This document shows positions 38,412-64,000 of a DNA stretch of 64,000 nucleotides, piece after piece. The notes below the pieces were generated by a model that ran no database searches, had not been told where the DNA came from, and worked only from the letters and a program-made list of their open reading frames with translations. The stretch lies in NCBI RefSeq assembly GCF_964204645.1, contig NC_134028.1:8060001-8124000 (forward strand). The letters run 5' to 3'. Position 1 is the first letter of the stretch; each line of letters starts with the position of its first letter. A program made the translations under genes and the position numbers. This stretch comes from Tubulanus polymorphus (lineage: Eukaryota; Animalia; Nemertea).

Positions 38412-64000
<25,589 letters not shown>

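Overview
This is AT-rich, intron-containing animal DNA, probably from an invertebrate bilaterian (taxon inferred, not proven). Four spliced protein-coding genes were reconstructed by hand. (1) The terminal RS-domain exon of an SR protein (+, 664-991). (2) A complete 3-exon SRSF2/SC35 gene immediately downstream (+, 4406-5719), probably a tandem paralogue of gene 1. (3) A 7-coding-exon Drgx/Prrxl1 paired-class homeobox gene with an OAR motif (+, 20865-33801). (4) The 3' 18 exons of CHTF18 (-, 38412-64000), whose last two exons lie beyond a 17.3-kb intron. The window also holds tRNA-Arg(TCG), two intron-containing tRNA-Leu(CAA) genes, many MITEs (Harbinger-, Tc1/mariner-, hAT- and piggyBac-like), an L2/CR1-group LINE 3' end, Penelope-like remnants, a 1.75-kb foldback element with 500-bp arms, and microsatellites. 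The two strongest leads are inferences. First, both SR genes share an architecture of stop codon, distant 3'UTR donor, acceptor and SSNG-rich terminal exon, plus candidate poison exons, suggesting a duplicated NMD auto/cross-regulatory circuit. Second, the giant CpG- and TAAT-rich CHTF18 intron looks like a bystander intron carrying Drgx enhancers. Most ORFs in the supplied track are artefacts.
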